From Betaproteobacteria bacterium (lineage in GTDB: Bacteria > Pseudomonadota > Gammaproteobacteria > Burkholderiales > Burkholderiaceae_C), in NCBI GenBank assembly GCA_009923315.1, contig RFTU01000004.1, positions 3,187 to 67,186 on the forward strand: DNA of 64,000 nt, read 5' to 3'. Below, in pieces: positions 9,890 through 18,823 of this stretch. Within the stretch, counting starts at the first letter, position 1, and each line of letters begins with the position of its first letter. The position numbers and the translations under genes were made by a program. Below the pieces are notes generated by a model. That model searched no databases, was not told where the DNA came from, and worked only from the letters and a program-made list of their open reading frames with translations.

Positions 9890-10095
9890 CCTCGAGCCGT
9901 CACCACCACAAGGCCGCCGACCGCGCCGGCGGGTTCCGGGGCAACAAGGCCAACTTGCCGAGCAAGCCTTGCACCGTGTGCGGGCGGCCCATGGCGTGGC
10001 GCAAGGCCTGGGCCAAGAACTGGGATGACGTGAAGGTGTGCAGCGAGGCTTGTCGCGCGCAGGGCGCGCGTGGTCGCCGGGCGGCAGGGCGATGA
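9886..10095 (+). CDS. DUF2256-type small zinc-ribbon protein
   Basis: In-frame GTG at 9886 overlaps the aminotransferase TGA (GTGA). The four-Cys motif is PCTVCGRPMAWRKAWAKNWDDVKVCSEAC. Its TGA overlaps the next ATG (ATGA at 10092-10095). The start is uncertain. Confidence 0.6.
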   Translation: MTSSRHHHKAADRAGGFRGNKANLPSKPCTVCGRPMAWRKAWAKNWDDVKVCSEACRAQGARGRRAAGR

Positions 10096-11645
10096 GCCGA
10101 GCGCACAAGGCACGCCGGTTGATCCTCGTTCTGGGCGATCAGCTCGATCTTCAGGCTTCCTGCTTTGACGGCGCCGACCCGCAGCAGGATGCGGTGTGGA
10201 TGGCCGAGGTGGCCGAAGAGTCCACGCATGTTTGGTCGTCCAAGCCGCGCATTGCGCTGTTCCTGGCGGCCATGCGCCACCATGCGCAGACGCTGGGGGC
10301 CGCGGGTTGGCGCGTGGACTACCGGCACCTGGATGACGAAGGCAATCTGGGCAGCCTCGGCGCGGAATTGCGCGCCACCATCCACCGCCTGCAGCCACAG
10401 GAGCTGGTGATGACCGCGCCCGGTGACTGGCGCGTGTTGGAGTCGATCAAGGCGGTGGCCCACGAAACCGGACGGCCGTTGGACATCCGAGAAGACCGCC
10501 ACTTCTTCAGCACGGTGCGCGATTTCGCCGCGCATGCCAAGGGCCGCAAGCAGCTGCGCCTGGAGTACTGGTACCGAGAACTGCGCGTGCGCCACCAGGT
10601 GCTGATGGACGGTGATGAGCCGGTGGGCGGCCAGTGGAACTTCGATGCGGACAACCGCGCAGCCTTTGGCAAGGACGGACCACCGCCGATCCCTCAGCCG
10701 GCTCGCTTCGATCCGGACGACATCACCCGGGGCGTGTTGGAGTTGGTGGCCCAGCGCTTTGCCGCACACCCTGGATCACTGGACGCCTTCGCTTGGCCGG
10801 TGACCCGTGCGCAGGCGTTGGAGTCTTTGCAACGCTTCATCCGTGAACGCCTGCCCCATTTCGGCAAATGGCAGGACGCGATGTGGACCGGCCAGGTGTG
10901 GCTGTTTCATTCGCACCTGGCCGCTGCCCTGAACCTCAAGCTGCTCCGCGCCCGTGAGGTGGTGCAGGCCGCCGAAGAGGCTTTTCGGCAGGGCCACGCC
11001 GACCTGGCGTCCACGGAGGGCTTCATCCGACAGATCTTGGGATGGCGCGAATATGTGCGGGGCATCTATTGGCTGCATATGCCGCAGTACCTGCAGCGCA
11101 ATGCGCTGGGCGCCACGCATGAGCTACCCGGCTTCTTCTGGAACGCGCAGACCGACATGGCGTGCCTGCGAGATGCGTTGCAACTGACGCTGCAGCACGG
11201 CTATGCCCACCATATCCAGCGCCTGATGGTGACGGGCCTGTATGCCCTGTTGTTGGGTGTGGACCCCAAGGCGGTACACGGCTGGTACCTGAGCGTCTAC
11301 GTGGACGCGGTGGAGTGGGTGGAGTTGCCCAACACCCTGGGCATGAGCCAGTATGCCGATGGCGGCCTGATGGCCAGCAAGCCCTACGCCGCCTCAGGCA
11401 AATACCTGCAGCGCATGGGCAATCACTGCAAGGGCTGCCGCTATGACCCGGCGCAGGCCACGGGCGCGCACGCCTGCCCCTACACCACGCTGTATTGGGA
11501 CTTCCTGTTGCGCCACGAAGCAACGCTGGCCCAGAACCCTCGCATGGTGATGCAGGTGAAGAACCTCAAGCGTTTGGACGAAGGCCAGCGCCAGGCGATC
11601 CGCCTGCAGGCGCTGGCGCACCGGCAGGCAGTGGGCGTGAGCTGA
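10092..11645 (+). CDS. cryptochrome/photolyase family protein, FeS-BCP class (PhrB/CryB-like, probable (6-4) photolyase)
   Basis: 517 aa starting from MSRAHKARRLILVLGDQL. The COG3046-like N-terminus includes QLRLEYWYRELR. Four Cys have the spacing expected for the FeS-BCP 4Fe-4S cluster (MACLRD ... NHCKGCRYD ... HACPYT). Confidence 0.8.
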   Translation: MSRAHKARRLILVLGDQLDLQASCFDGADPQQDAVWMAEVAEESTHVWSSKPRIALFLAAMRHHAQTLGAAGWRVDYRHLDDEGNLGSLGAELRATIHRLQPQELVMTAPGDWRVLESIKAVAHETGRPLDIREDRHFFSTVRDFAAHAKGRKQLRLEYWYRELRVRHQVLMDGDEPVGGQWNFDADNRAAFGKDGPPPIPQPARFDPDDITRGVLELVAQRFAAHPGSLDAFAWPVTRAQALESLQRFIRERLPHFGKWQDAMWTGQVWLFHSHLAAALNLKLLRAREVVQAAEEAFRQGHADLASTEGFIRQILGWREYVRGIYWLHMPQYLQRNALGATHELPGFFWNAQTDMACLRDALQLTLQHGYAHHIQRLMVTGLYALLLGVDPKAVHGWYLSVYVDAVEWVELPNTLGMSQYADGGLMASKPYAASGKYLQRMGNHCKGCRYDPAQATGAHACPYTTLYWDFLLRHEATLAQNPRMVMQVKNLKRLDEGQRQAIRLQALAHRQAVGVS

Positions 11646-11671
11646 GCAGGCGCTCAGCCCGAACGCCTGGC

Positions 11672-13519
11672 TCATGCACGCCGGACATTGAGTTCCTGCT
11701 GAGTCCAGTCGCGCAGCTGGGCGGACAGCACATCCAGCGGCAAGGCCCCGTGATCGATCACCGCATTGTTGAAGCGGCGCAGGTCGAAGCGCCCGCCCAG
11801 GGCCTGCCGGGCGCGTTCACGCTCATCCAGGATGTGCAGCTGCCCGGTCATGTAGGCCAGGGCCTGAGCCGGTGTAGAGATATAGCGGTCCACCTCGGCG
11901 GTCATGAAGATGGGGTTCTCGCCCACGCGCTCGTTCATGACATCGATGGCCTGCTGACGGCTCCAGCCCAGGGCGTGTATGCCGGTATCCACCACCAGAC
12001 GCGCGGCACGGAAGGCCTGAGCTTGCAGAAAGCCCCAACGGGCCTGCGGCGTGTCGTAGAAGCCCACTTCGTCCATGAGGCGTTCGGCATACAGGCCCCA
12101 GCCTTCGGAAAACGCGGTGTAGCCACCGCCGCGTCGAAAGGCCGGCAGGTCGCCGAGCTCGCGGGCGCGGGCAATCTGCAGATGGTGCCCCGGCACGGTT
12201 TCGTGGGCCACCAGCGAGGGCAGGGCCCACTTCTGGCGACGCTGATAGGCCAGCACATTGGCGTTGTACCAACCCGGCCCGCTGCCATCCAGGGGTGGAC
12301 CGGTGTAGTTGTCAGCCGCACCGGGCCCCAGGTGCTCGGCCATGGGGCGGATGCCGTAGCTGGTGCGCGGCAATTCCACGAACAGGCGCGGCATCCAGGG
12401 GTCGAGCTCCTTGGCGGTGGCCCGGTAGCCTTCCAACATGGCCTGCGGGCTGCTGAAGAAGTGCTCCGGTGAGCTCAGCGCCTTGAGTGCATCGCTGAAG
12501 CCCATGCGCAGGCCCATGCGCTCGCGCAGCTTGGCGAACTCGCCATGCAGCTGCTCGAGTTGCGCTCGGCCCGTGTCGTGCAGTTCCTGGGGCGTCTTGT
12601 TGGTGGTGGTTTGCTGGCGCACCAGCGCGGCGTACACCGCGTCTCCACCGGGGTAGCGCAGCAGCCCACCGGCATCAGGCGCGCGGGGCATCAACTGCCG
12701 GGCCACCGTGTCGCGCAGCTTCTGCAGGGCCGGGATCACATCACGCCTCACCGCCGCTTCGCCGCGCTCTTGCCAGCGCGCGGCTTCGGCTTCGGGCACG
12801 CCCTTGGGCAGGCGCCGCCAGGGGTCCATGAAGGGGCCGCGCACCACATCGGCGCGGATCTGCCCGTCCAATTGAGCCAGCACGCGTTCGAGCACCGGGC
12901 GCGCCGACACCCAACCCAGCTGCTGCGCCTGCAGCAGTTGGGCGATTTCCTGGTCGATGCGGCGCGGGTGCTGGGCCAGGCGCGCCAGCACCTGTTCCCG
13001 CTGTTCGGCCGTGTCCACCGGCTGCTGCTGCAGCAGGCCTGACATCAGGGTGTGGGGCCCGCGCAGGGCCCCCAGGTTCATGCTGCGGTAGCCCTCAAAG
13101 CGCGACAGGTCCAGCTGCTGCTGCAGGTTTTGCAGGAACATCTCGCGCGACAGTCGATCCCGCGCGTCCAACGCGTCGGGGTTCACCGCGCGGGCCTCTT
13201 GCAGGAAGCCTTCGGTGAGCGAGCGCCGCCGCGCTTCGGCCTCAGGACCCACCTGGGCGAGCTCGCCGCCGAAGCGGTGGTCGCCGCGGTAAGTGCCCCA
13301 CTCGGGCGCCAGGCGGGCCTGGGCCTCCCAATGGCGGGCGAAGATGTCGTGCAGGGTCCGGGCCTGCGGGCCCGGAGGCGGGCCACCCGCGCCCGCGGCC
13401 CTTGGCGCCATCCCCGGCCCCGTGGCCGCGCAGCCGCTGAGTGCGCCGATGCCGGCTACACCGCCCAGAAGTGAAAGGCCGCAACTGCAGCGCAGGAACT
13501 GTCGTTTGCTCGGGTTCAT
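11672..13519 (-). CDS. DUF885 family lipoprotein (metallopeptidase-like)
   Basis: 615 aa. The signal peptide has a lipobox (GIGALSGC). The motif is AHETVPGHHLQ, as seen in DUF885 proteins. Confidence 0.6.
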   Translation of the reverse strand: MNPSKRQFLRCSCGLSLLGGVAGIGALSGCAATGPGMAPRAAGAGGPPPGPQARTLHDIFARHWEAQARLAPEWGTYRGDHRFGGELAQVGPEAEARRRSLTEGFLQEARAVNPDALDARDRLSREMFLQNLQQQLDLSRFEGYRSMNLGALRGPHTLMSGLLQQQPVDTAEQREQVLARLAQHPRRIDQEIAQLLQAQQLGWVSARPVLERVLAQLDGQIRADVVRGPFMDPWRRLPKGVPEAEAARWQERGEAAVRRDVIPALQKLRDTVARQLMPRAPDAGGLLRYPGGDAVYAALVRQQTTTNKTPQELHDTGRAQLEQLHGEFAKLRERMGLRMGFSDALKALSSPEHFFSSPQAMLEGYRATAKELDPWMPRLFVELPRTSYGIRPMAEHLGPGAADNYTGPPLDGSGPGWYNANVLAYQRRQKWALPSLVAHETVPGHHLQIARARELGDLPAFRRGGGYTAFSEGWGLYAERLMDEVGFYDTPQARWGFLQAQAFRAARLVVDTGIHALGWSRQQAIDVMNERVGENPIFMTAEVDRYISTPAQALAYMTGQLHILDERERARQALGGRFDLRRFNNAVIDHGALPLDVLSAQLRDWTQQELNVRRA

Positions 13520-13695
13520 GCCCGGATGCTACCGAGCCCCCTGCACTTGCAGCACCGGGAAGCCCCGGGGGGCTGTGGGGCTTGTGACTGAGTTCTAATC
13601 CGGCCCCATCGCAGGCAACATGCCGAACCACACGCAGGCGCCCAGACGGCTGACGTCCCGGTCGCCGACGTACCCACCGAGTGGCCCATCGGTTT

Positions 13696-14619
13696 ATGGA
13701 CACCCTCATCCAACAGATCATCAACGGCCTGGTGCTGGGCAGCATGTATGCCCTGGTGGCCCTGGGCTACACCATGGTCTACGGCATCATCAACCTGATC
13801 AACTTCGCCCACGGCGAGGTGCTGATGGTGGGCGCCCTGGTGAGTTGGAGTGTCGTCACCGGGCTGGGTGGCACCGGCCTGCCCGGCTGGGTGCTCATGT
13901 TGATTTCGCTGCCGGTGGCGGTGCTGGTGTGCTGCACGCTGAATTTCGGCATCGAGAAACTGGCCTACCGTCCGCTGCGTCACGCACCGCGCCTGGCCCC
14001 GCTGATCACGGCCATGGGCATGAGCCTTTTGCTGCAGACCCTGGCGATGATCGTGTGGAAGCCCAACCCCAAGCCCTATCCGCAGCTGCTGCCGGTGGAG
14101 CCCCTTCACATCGGCGGGGCGGTGATTTCGGTGACCCAGGTGCTGATCCTGGCCATCACCGCGGTCACGCTGGCCGGCCTGATGTTTCTGGTGAACCGCA
14201 CCCGGCTGGGCCGCGCCATGCGCGCCACGGCGGAGAACCCCGGGGTGGCCGCGCTCATGGGCGTGAAACCGGATGTGGTGATCTCCACCACCTTCATCAT
14301 CGGCGCTGCGCTGGCGGCTTTGGCTGGGGTGATGTGGGCGGCCAATTACGGCACGGTGCAGCACACCATGGGCTTCCTGCCCGGCCTCAAGGCCTTCACG
14401 GCCGCGGTGTTGGGCGGCATCGGCAACCTGGGGGGCGCGGTGTTGGGCGGCCTGCTGTTGGGCCTGCTGGAGGCCATCGGTGCGGGCTATTTGGGCGAAC
14501 TCACCGGGGGCGTGTTGGGCAGCCACTATGTGGACATCTTTGCCTTTGCCGCCTTGATCCTGGTGCTGACGCTGCGGCCCGCAGGGCTGCTGGGTGAGCG
14601 CGTGGCGGACAGGGCGTGA
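13696..14619 (+). CDS. livH: branched-chain amino acid ABC transporter permease (LivH type)
   Basis: MDTLIQQIINGLVLGSMYALVALGYTMVYGIINLINFAHGE is a canonical LivH N-terminus. Confidence 0.9.
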   Translation: MDTLIQQIINGLVLGSMYALVALGYTMVYGIINLINFAHGEVLMVGALVSWSVVTGLGGTGLPGWVLMLISLPVAVLVCCTLNFGIEKLAYRPLRHAPRLAPLITAMGMSLLLQTLAMIVWKPNPKPYPQLLPVEPLHIGGAVISVTQVLILAITAVTLAGLMFLVNRTRLGRAMRATAENPGVAALMGVKPDVVISTTFIIGAALAALAGVMWAANYGTVQHTMGFLPGLKAFTAAVLGGIGNLGGAVLGGLLLGLLEAIGAGYLGELTGGVLGSHYVDIFAFAALILVLTLRPAGLLGERVADRA

Positions 14620-14697
14620 GGTGATGAAGGTTGGGGGGCTTGGGACACGCCTGCTGACGACGGGTCGCCGTGGTCAGGGTGGTGCGGGGGCTGATCG

Positions 14698-15888
14698 GTG
14701 AGGCCACTGAACGCCAAGCGCGCCCAAATCCTGGCCTTCGCCCTGTCGGCGGCGGCCCTGGTTCTGCTTCCCTTGCTGGTGCAGCAAGTCGGATCGGGCT
14801 GGGTGCGCATCATGGCCACCGCGCTGCTCTATGTGCTGCTGGCCCTGGGCCTGAACATCGTGGTGGGCTATGCGGGCCTGCTGGACCTGGGCTTCGTGGC
14901 CTTTTATGCCGTGGGTGCCTACATGGTGGCCCTGCTGACTTCGCCGCATCTGGCCGAGCAGTTCGCCTGGTTCGCGCAGCATTTCCCGCAGGGCGTGCAC
15001 ACGCCTCTGTGGGCGGTGATCCCGCTGGCCGCCTTGTTGGCCGCTGTGGCCGGGGTGCTGTTGGGCACGCCGGTGCTGAAACTGCGCGGCGACTACCTGG
15101 CCATCGTCACCCTGGGCTTCGGTGAAATCATCCGCGTGTTCATGAACAACCTGGAGCACCCGGTCAACATCACCAACGGACCGCGTGGACTGGACCGGAT
15201 CGACCCCGTCACCTTCTTCGGCTTCAGCCTGGGCCGGCCGTTGGACCTGCCGATGCCTTGGGGCGATGTGCGCGTGGCTTCGGTGACGCTGTACTACTGG
15301 CTGTTTCTGGTGCTGGTGGTGGCCAGTGTGGTGGTTTGCCGGCGGCTCGAAGATTCGCGCATCGGCCGGGCCTGGATGGCCATTCGGGAAGACGAGGTCG
15401 CCGCCCGAGCCATGGGCATCAACACCCGCAACATGAAGCTGCTGGCCTTCGGCATGGGCGCCACCTTCGGCGGCGTGGCCGGCGCGATGTTTGCGTCGTT
15501 CCAGGGTTTCGTGTCGCCGGAGTCTTTCAGCTTGATGGAATCGGTGATGATCGTGGCCATGGTGGTGCTGGGCGGCTTGGGCCACCTGCCGGGCGTGATC
15601 CTGGGGGCTTTGCTGCTGGCGGCGCTGCCCGAGGTGCTGCGCTACGTGGCCGGCGACATCCAGAACATGACCGGCGGCCGGGTTGACGCGGCCATTCTGC
15701 GCCAGCTGCTGATCGCGGTGGCGATGATCGCCATCATGCTGCTGCGCCCGCGCGGTCTGTGGCCAACGCCCGAGCATGGTCGTTCGGCCCAGGCTGAGCA
15801 GGCCGATGGCCTGGACCCGGCCCGCGGCGGCGCCGCTGGCATCCCCAACAGTCGCAGCGCAGGCTCTGCATCGGGGCGGCGTTCATGA
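14698..15888 (+). CDS. livM: branched-chain amino acid ABC transporter permease (LivM type)
   Basis: 396 aa with a GTG start directly after an in-frame stop. Motif: LNIVVGYAGLLDLGFVAFYAVGAY. There is a 4-nt overlap with livG. Confidence 0.85.
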   Translation: MRPLNAKRAQILAFALSAAALVLLPLLVQQVGSGWVRIMATALLYVLLALGLNIVVGYAGLLDLGFVAFYAVGAYMVALLTSPHLAEQFAWFAQHFPQGVHTPLWAVIPLAALLAAVAGVLLGTPVLKLRGDYLAIVTLGFGEIIRVFMNNLEHPVNITNGPRGLDRIDPVTFFGFSLGRPLDLPMPWGDVRVASVTLYYWLFLVLVVASVVVCRRLEDSRIGRAWMAIREDEVAARAMGINTRNMKLLAFGMGATFGGVAGAMFASFQGFVSPESFSLMESVMIVAMVVLGGLGHLPGVILGALLLAALPEVLRYVAGDIQNMTGGRVDAAILRQLLIAVAMIAIMLLRPRGLWPTPEHGRSAQAEQADGLDPARGGAAGIPNSRSAGSASGRRS

Positions 15889-16670
15889 CGGCGCCCTCGA
15901 CGCCGGTGGTGCTGCAGGTGCGGGGCGCCAGCAAGCGCTTTGGCGGCCTGCAGGCCTTGAACGAGGTGAGCCTGCGCATCGAGCGCGGACAGGTGGCCGG
16001 TCTGATCGGGCCCAATGGTGCGGGCAAGACCACCTTCTTCAACGTCATCACCGGCCTGTATGTGCCCGATGCCGGGACCTTTGAATTGGCGGGCGCGCCT
16101 TACCAACCCAGCGCGGTCCACGAGGTGGCGCGGGCCGGCATCGCGCGCACCTTTCAGAACATCCGGCTGTTTCCCGACATGACCGCGCTGGAGAACGTGA
16201 TGGTGGGCCGTCATGTGCGCACCGGCTCGGGGCTGCTGGGCGCGGTACTGCGAACGGCCTCTTTCAAGCGCGAGGAAGCGGACATCGAGCAACGCGCGCG
16301 TGAACTGCTCGCCTATGTGGGCATTGAGCGATATGCCGACTACCGCGCACGCACCTTGTCCTACGGTGACCAGCGGCGCCTGGAGATCGCCCGCGCCTTG
16401 GCCACGGACCCCCAGTTGTTGGCCCTGGACGAACCGGCCGCGGGCATGAACGCGACCGAGAAGGGCGTGCTGCGGCAGTTGATCGAGCGCATCCGCGCCG
16501 ATGGCCGAACCGTGCTGTTGATCGAGCACGATGTGAAGTTGGTGATGGGGCTGTGCGATGCGGTGACGGTGCTGGACTATGGCAAGGTGATTGCGCAAGG
16601 CACGCCGGCCCAGGTGCAGCGCAATGCACAGGTGATCGAAGCCTACCTGGGGGCGGGGCATCATGCTTGA
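15885..16670 (+). CDS. livG: branched-chain amino acid ABC transporter ATP-binding protein (LivG type)
   Basis: Walker A is GPNGAGKTT. The signature-region context is LSYGDQRRLEIARAL. 261 aa. Confidence 0.9.
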   Translation: MTAPSTPVVLQVRGASKRFGGLQALNEVSLRIERGQVAGLIGPNGAGKTTFFNVITGLYVPDAGTFELAGAPYQPSAVHEVARAGIARTFQNIRLFPDMTALENVMVGRHVRTGSGLLGAVLRTASFKREEADIEQRARELLAYVGIERYADYRARTLSYGDQRRLEIARALATDPQLLALDEPAAGMNATEKGVLRQLIERIRADGRTVLLIEHDVKLVMGLCDAVTVLDYGKVIAQGTPAQVQRNAQVIEAYLGAGHHA

Positions 16671-17427
16671 GTCCGTAGGCTACGCGGGCGCGCCGGTGAA
16701 CAACGCACAACCACTGCGCGATGTGCTGCTGCGCGTGGCCGACCTGCGCGTGGCCTACGGGGGCATCCAGGCGGTCAAGGGCATCAGCCTGGAGGTGCGC
16801 GAAGGCGAGCTGGTGAGCCTGATTGGCGCCAACGGCGCGGGCAAGACCACCACGCTCAAGGCACTGACCGCGATGCTGAACCCGCAAGGGGGTCGCATCG
16901 AGTATGCGGGTGAGTCGATCGCCGGCCGGGGCTCCTGGGACCTGGTGGCGCGTGGCTTGGTGATGGTGCCCGAGGGGCGCGGCACCTTCACCCGCATGAG
17001 CATCCTGGAGAACCTGCAGATGGGAGCCTACCTGCGCCACGACGCGCAGGTACAGGAGGACCTGGAGCACGTATTCACCCTCTTCTCGCGCCTGAGGGAG
17101 CGGCAGGGACAACTGGCCGGTACGCTGTCCGGCGGTGAGCAGCAGATGCTGGCCATGGGCCGAGCGCTGATGGCGCGCCCGCGGCTGCTGTTGTTGGATG
17201 AACCCTCGATGGGCCTGTCGCCCATCATGGTCGACAAGATCTTTGAGGTGGTGCAAACCATTCACCGCCAGGGCACCACCGTGCTGCTGGTGGAGCAAAA
17301 TGCCAGCCGTGCGCTCGCGGTGGCCAACCGGGCCTATGTGATGGACTCCGGTGAGATGACGATGAGCGGCCCGGCCGGTGAGTTGCTGCACGACCCGCGC
17401 GTGCGCGCGGCTTACCTGGGTGAGTGA
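16663..17427 (+). CDS. livF: branched-chain amino acid ABC transporter ATP-binding protein (LivF type)
   Basis: Walker A is GANGAGKTT, the signature is LSGGEQQMLAMGRAL and Walker B is LLLLDEPS. It overlaps the end of livG. Confidence 0.9.
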   Translation: MLESVGYAGAPVNNAQPLRDVLLRVADLRVAYGGIQAVKGISLEVREGELVSLIGANGAGKTTTLKALTAMLNPQGGRIEYAGESIAGRGSWDLVARGLVMVPEGRGTFTRMSILENLQMGAYLRHDAQVQEDLEHVFTLFSRLRERQGQLAGTLSGGEQQMLAMGRALMARPRLLLLDEPSMGLSPIMVDKIFEVVQTIHRQGTTVLLVEQNASRALAVANRAYVMDSGEMTMSGPAGELLHDPRVRAAYLGE

Positions 17428-17479
17428 TGTTAGGCATCGGCAAGCTTTTCCCCCAACCCTCTGAAGGAGTGTTCGACGT

Positions 17480-18649
17480 ATGAACAAGAAGTGGAATCTG
17501 GTTCTGGCGACCCTGGCCGTGGCTGCATTGGCCGCTTGCGGCAAGAAGGAAGCGGCAGCCCCTGCAGCCGCGTCTGAAGCGGTGGTGAAGATCGGCCATG
17601 TGGCCCCCACCAGCGGCGCCATCGCCCACCTGGGCAAGGACAACGAGAACGGCGCGCGCATGGCCATCGATGAGCTCAATGCCAAGGGCGTGACCATCGA
17701 CGGCAAGAAGATCAAGTTCGAACTGCTGGCCGAAGACGATGCCGCCGACCCCAAGCAGGGCACGGCTGCCGCGCAGAAGCTGGTCGACAGCAAGGTCGTG
17801 GGCGTGATCGGTCACCTCAATTCGGGCACCAGCATCCCGGCGTCCAAGATCTACAGCGATGCGGGCATTCCGCAGATCAGCCCCTCGGCCACCAACCCCA
17901 AGTACACCCGGCAGGGCTTCAAAACCACCTTCCGCAACGTGGCCGACGACGTGCACCTGGGCGGCACGCTGGGCAAGTACGCGGTGACCGAGCTCAAAGG
18001 CAAGAGCATCGCCGTCGTGGACGACCGCACCGCCTACGGCCAGGGTGTGGCCGATGAGTTTGCCAAGGGCGTGGAGGCGGCCGGTGGCAAGGTGGTGGAC
18101 CGCCAGTTCACCAACGACAAGGCCACCGACTTCACCGCCATCTTGACCGCGCTGAAGGCCAAGAAGCCCGATGTGGTCTTCTTTGGTGGCATGGACGCCG
18201 TGGCCGGCCCCATGTTGCGCCAGATGAAGCAGTTGGGCATCAACGCCAAGCTCATGGGGGGTGACGGCATCTGCACGGGTGAACTGCCCAAGTTGGCCGC
18301 AGGCTCCATGGCCGATGGCCAGGTGGTGTGCGCCGAAGCCGGTGGCGTGGAGGGCGAGGCCAAGACGGCCATGACCGATTTCGCCACCAAGTTCAAGGCC
18401 AAGTACAACGCCGATGTGCAGATCTACGCGCCCTATGTGTACGACGCCGTGATGGTGATGGCCGACGCCATGGTGCGCGCCAATTCCACCGACCCGGCCA
18501 AGTACCTGCCGGCCCTGGCCAAGACCGAGGGCTACAAGGGGGTGACCGGCGTCATCTCGTTTGACGACAAGGGTGACATCAAGAACGGTGCGCTCACGCT
18601 GTACACCTACAAGGCTGACAAGCGCGAGGCCATCGCCGTGGTGCGGTAA
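17480..18649 (+). CDS. branched-chain amino acid ABC transporter substrate-binding lipoprotein (LivJ/K family)
   Basis: 389 aa. The lipoprotein signal is LAVAALAAC. The periplasmic binding protein type I pattern includes VKIGHVAPTSGAIAHLGKD. It is the last gene of the liv cluster. Confidence 0.85.
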   Translation: MNKKWNLVLATLAVAALAACGKKEAAAPAAASEAVVKIGHVAPTSGAIAHLGKDNENGARMAIDELNAKGVTIDGKKIKFELLAEDDAADPKQGTAAAQKLVDSKVVGVIGHLNSGTSIPASKIYSDAGIPQISPSATNPKYTRQGFKTTFRNVADDVHLGGTLGKYAVTELKGKSIAVVDDRTAYGQGVADEFAKGVEAAGGKVVDRQFTNDKATDFTAILTALKAKKPDVVFFGGMDAVAGPMLRQMKQLGINAKLMGGDGICTGELPKLAAGSMADGQVVCAEAGGVEGEAKTAMTDFATKFKAKYNADVQIYAPYVYDAVMVMADAMVRANSTDPAKYLPALAKTEGYKGVTGVISFDDKGDIKNGALTLYTYKADKREAIAVVR

Positions 18650-18660
18650 GGGGCTCTTCC

Positions 18661-18726
18661 CCGGGGTTCAACCCCTGGACCCTTTTTCCCCGTAGGGCGC
18701 TGGGCACACCCAGCGCCCTTTTTCTT
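18661..18726 (+). terminator. two tandem rho-independent terminators after the liv operon
   Basis: Hairpin 1 is ccgggg-ttcaa-cccctgg, followed by acccttttt. Hairpin 2 is gggcgctggg-cacac-ccagcgccc, followed by ttttt. Confidence 0.75.
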
Positions 18727-18823
18727 TGACCCGGCTGGCGATCCATCGCAGCCGTGTGGCCCAGTGCCTGCAGGGGGTAACCGCTTCGGCCATGATGCCG
18801 GGCTTGTCACCACCGCCCACGTC

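Noticed and set aside
18661-18690. tRNA-like T-arm (GGTTCAACCCC)
   Set aside because: No acceptor, D or anticodon arms can be drawn around it. It is a simple hairpin followed by a T-run, that is, a terminator after the liv operon.
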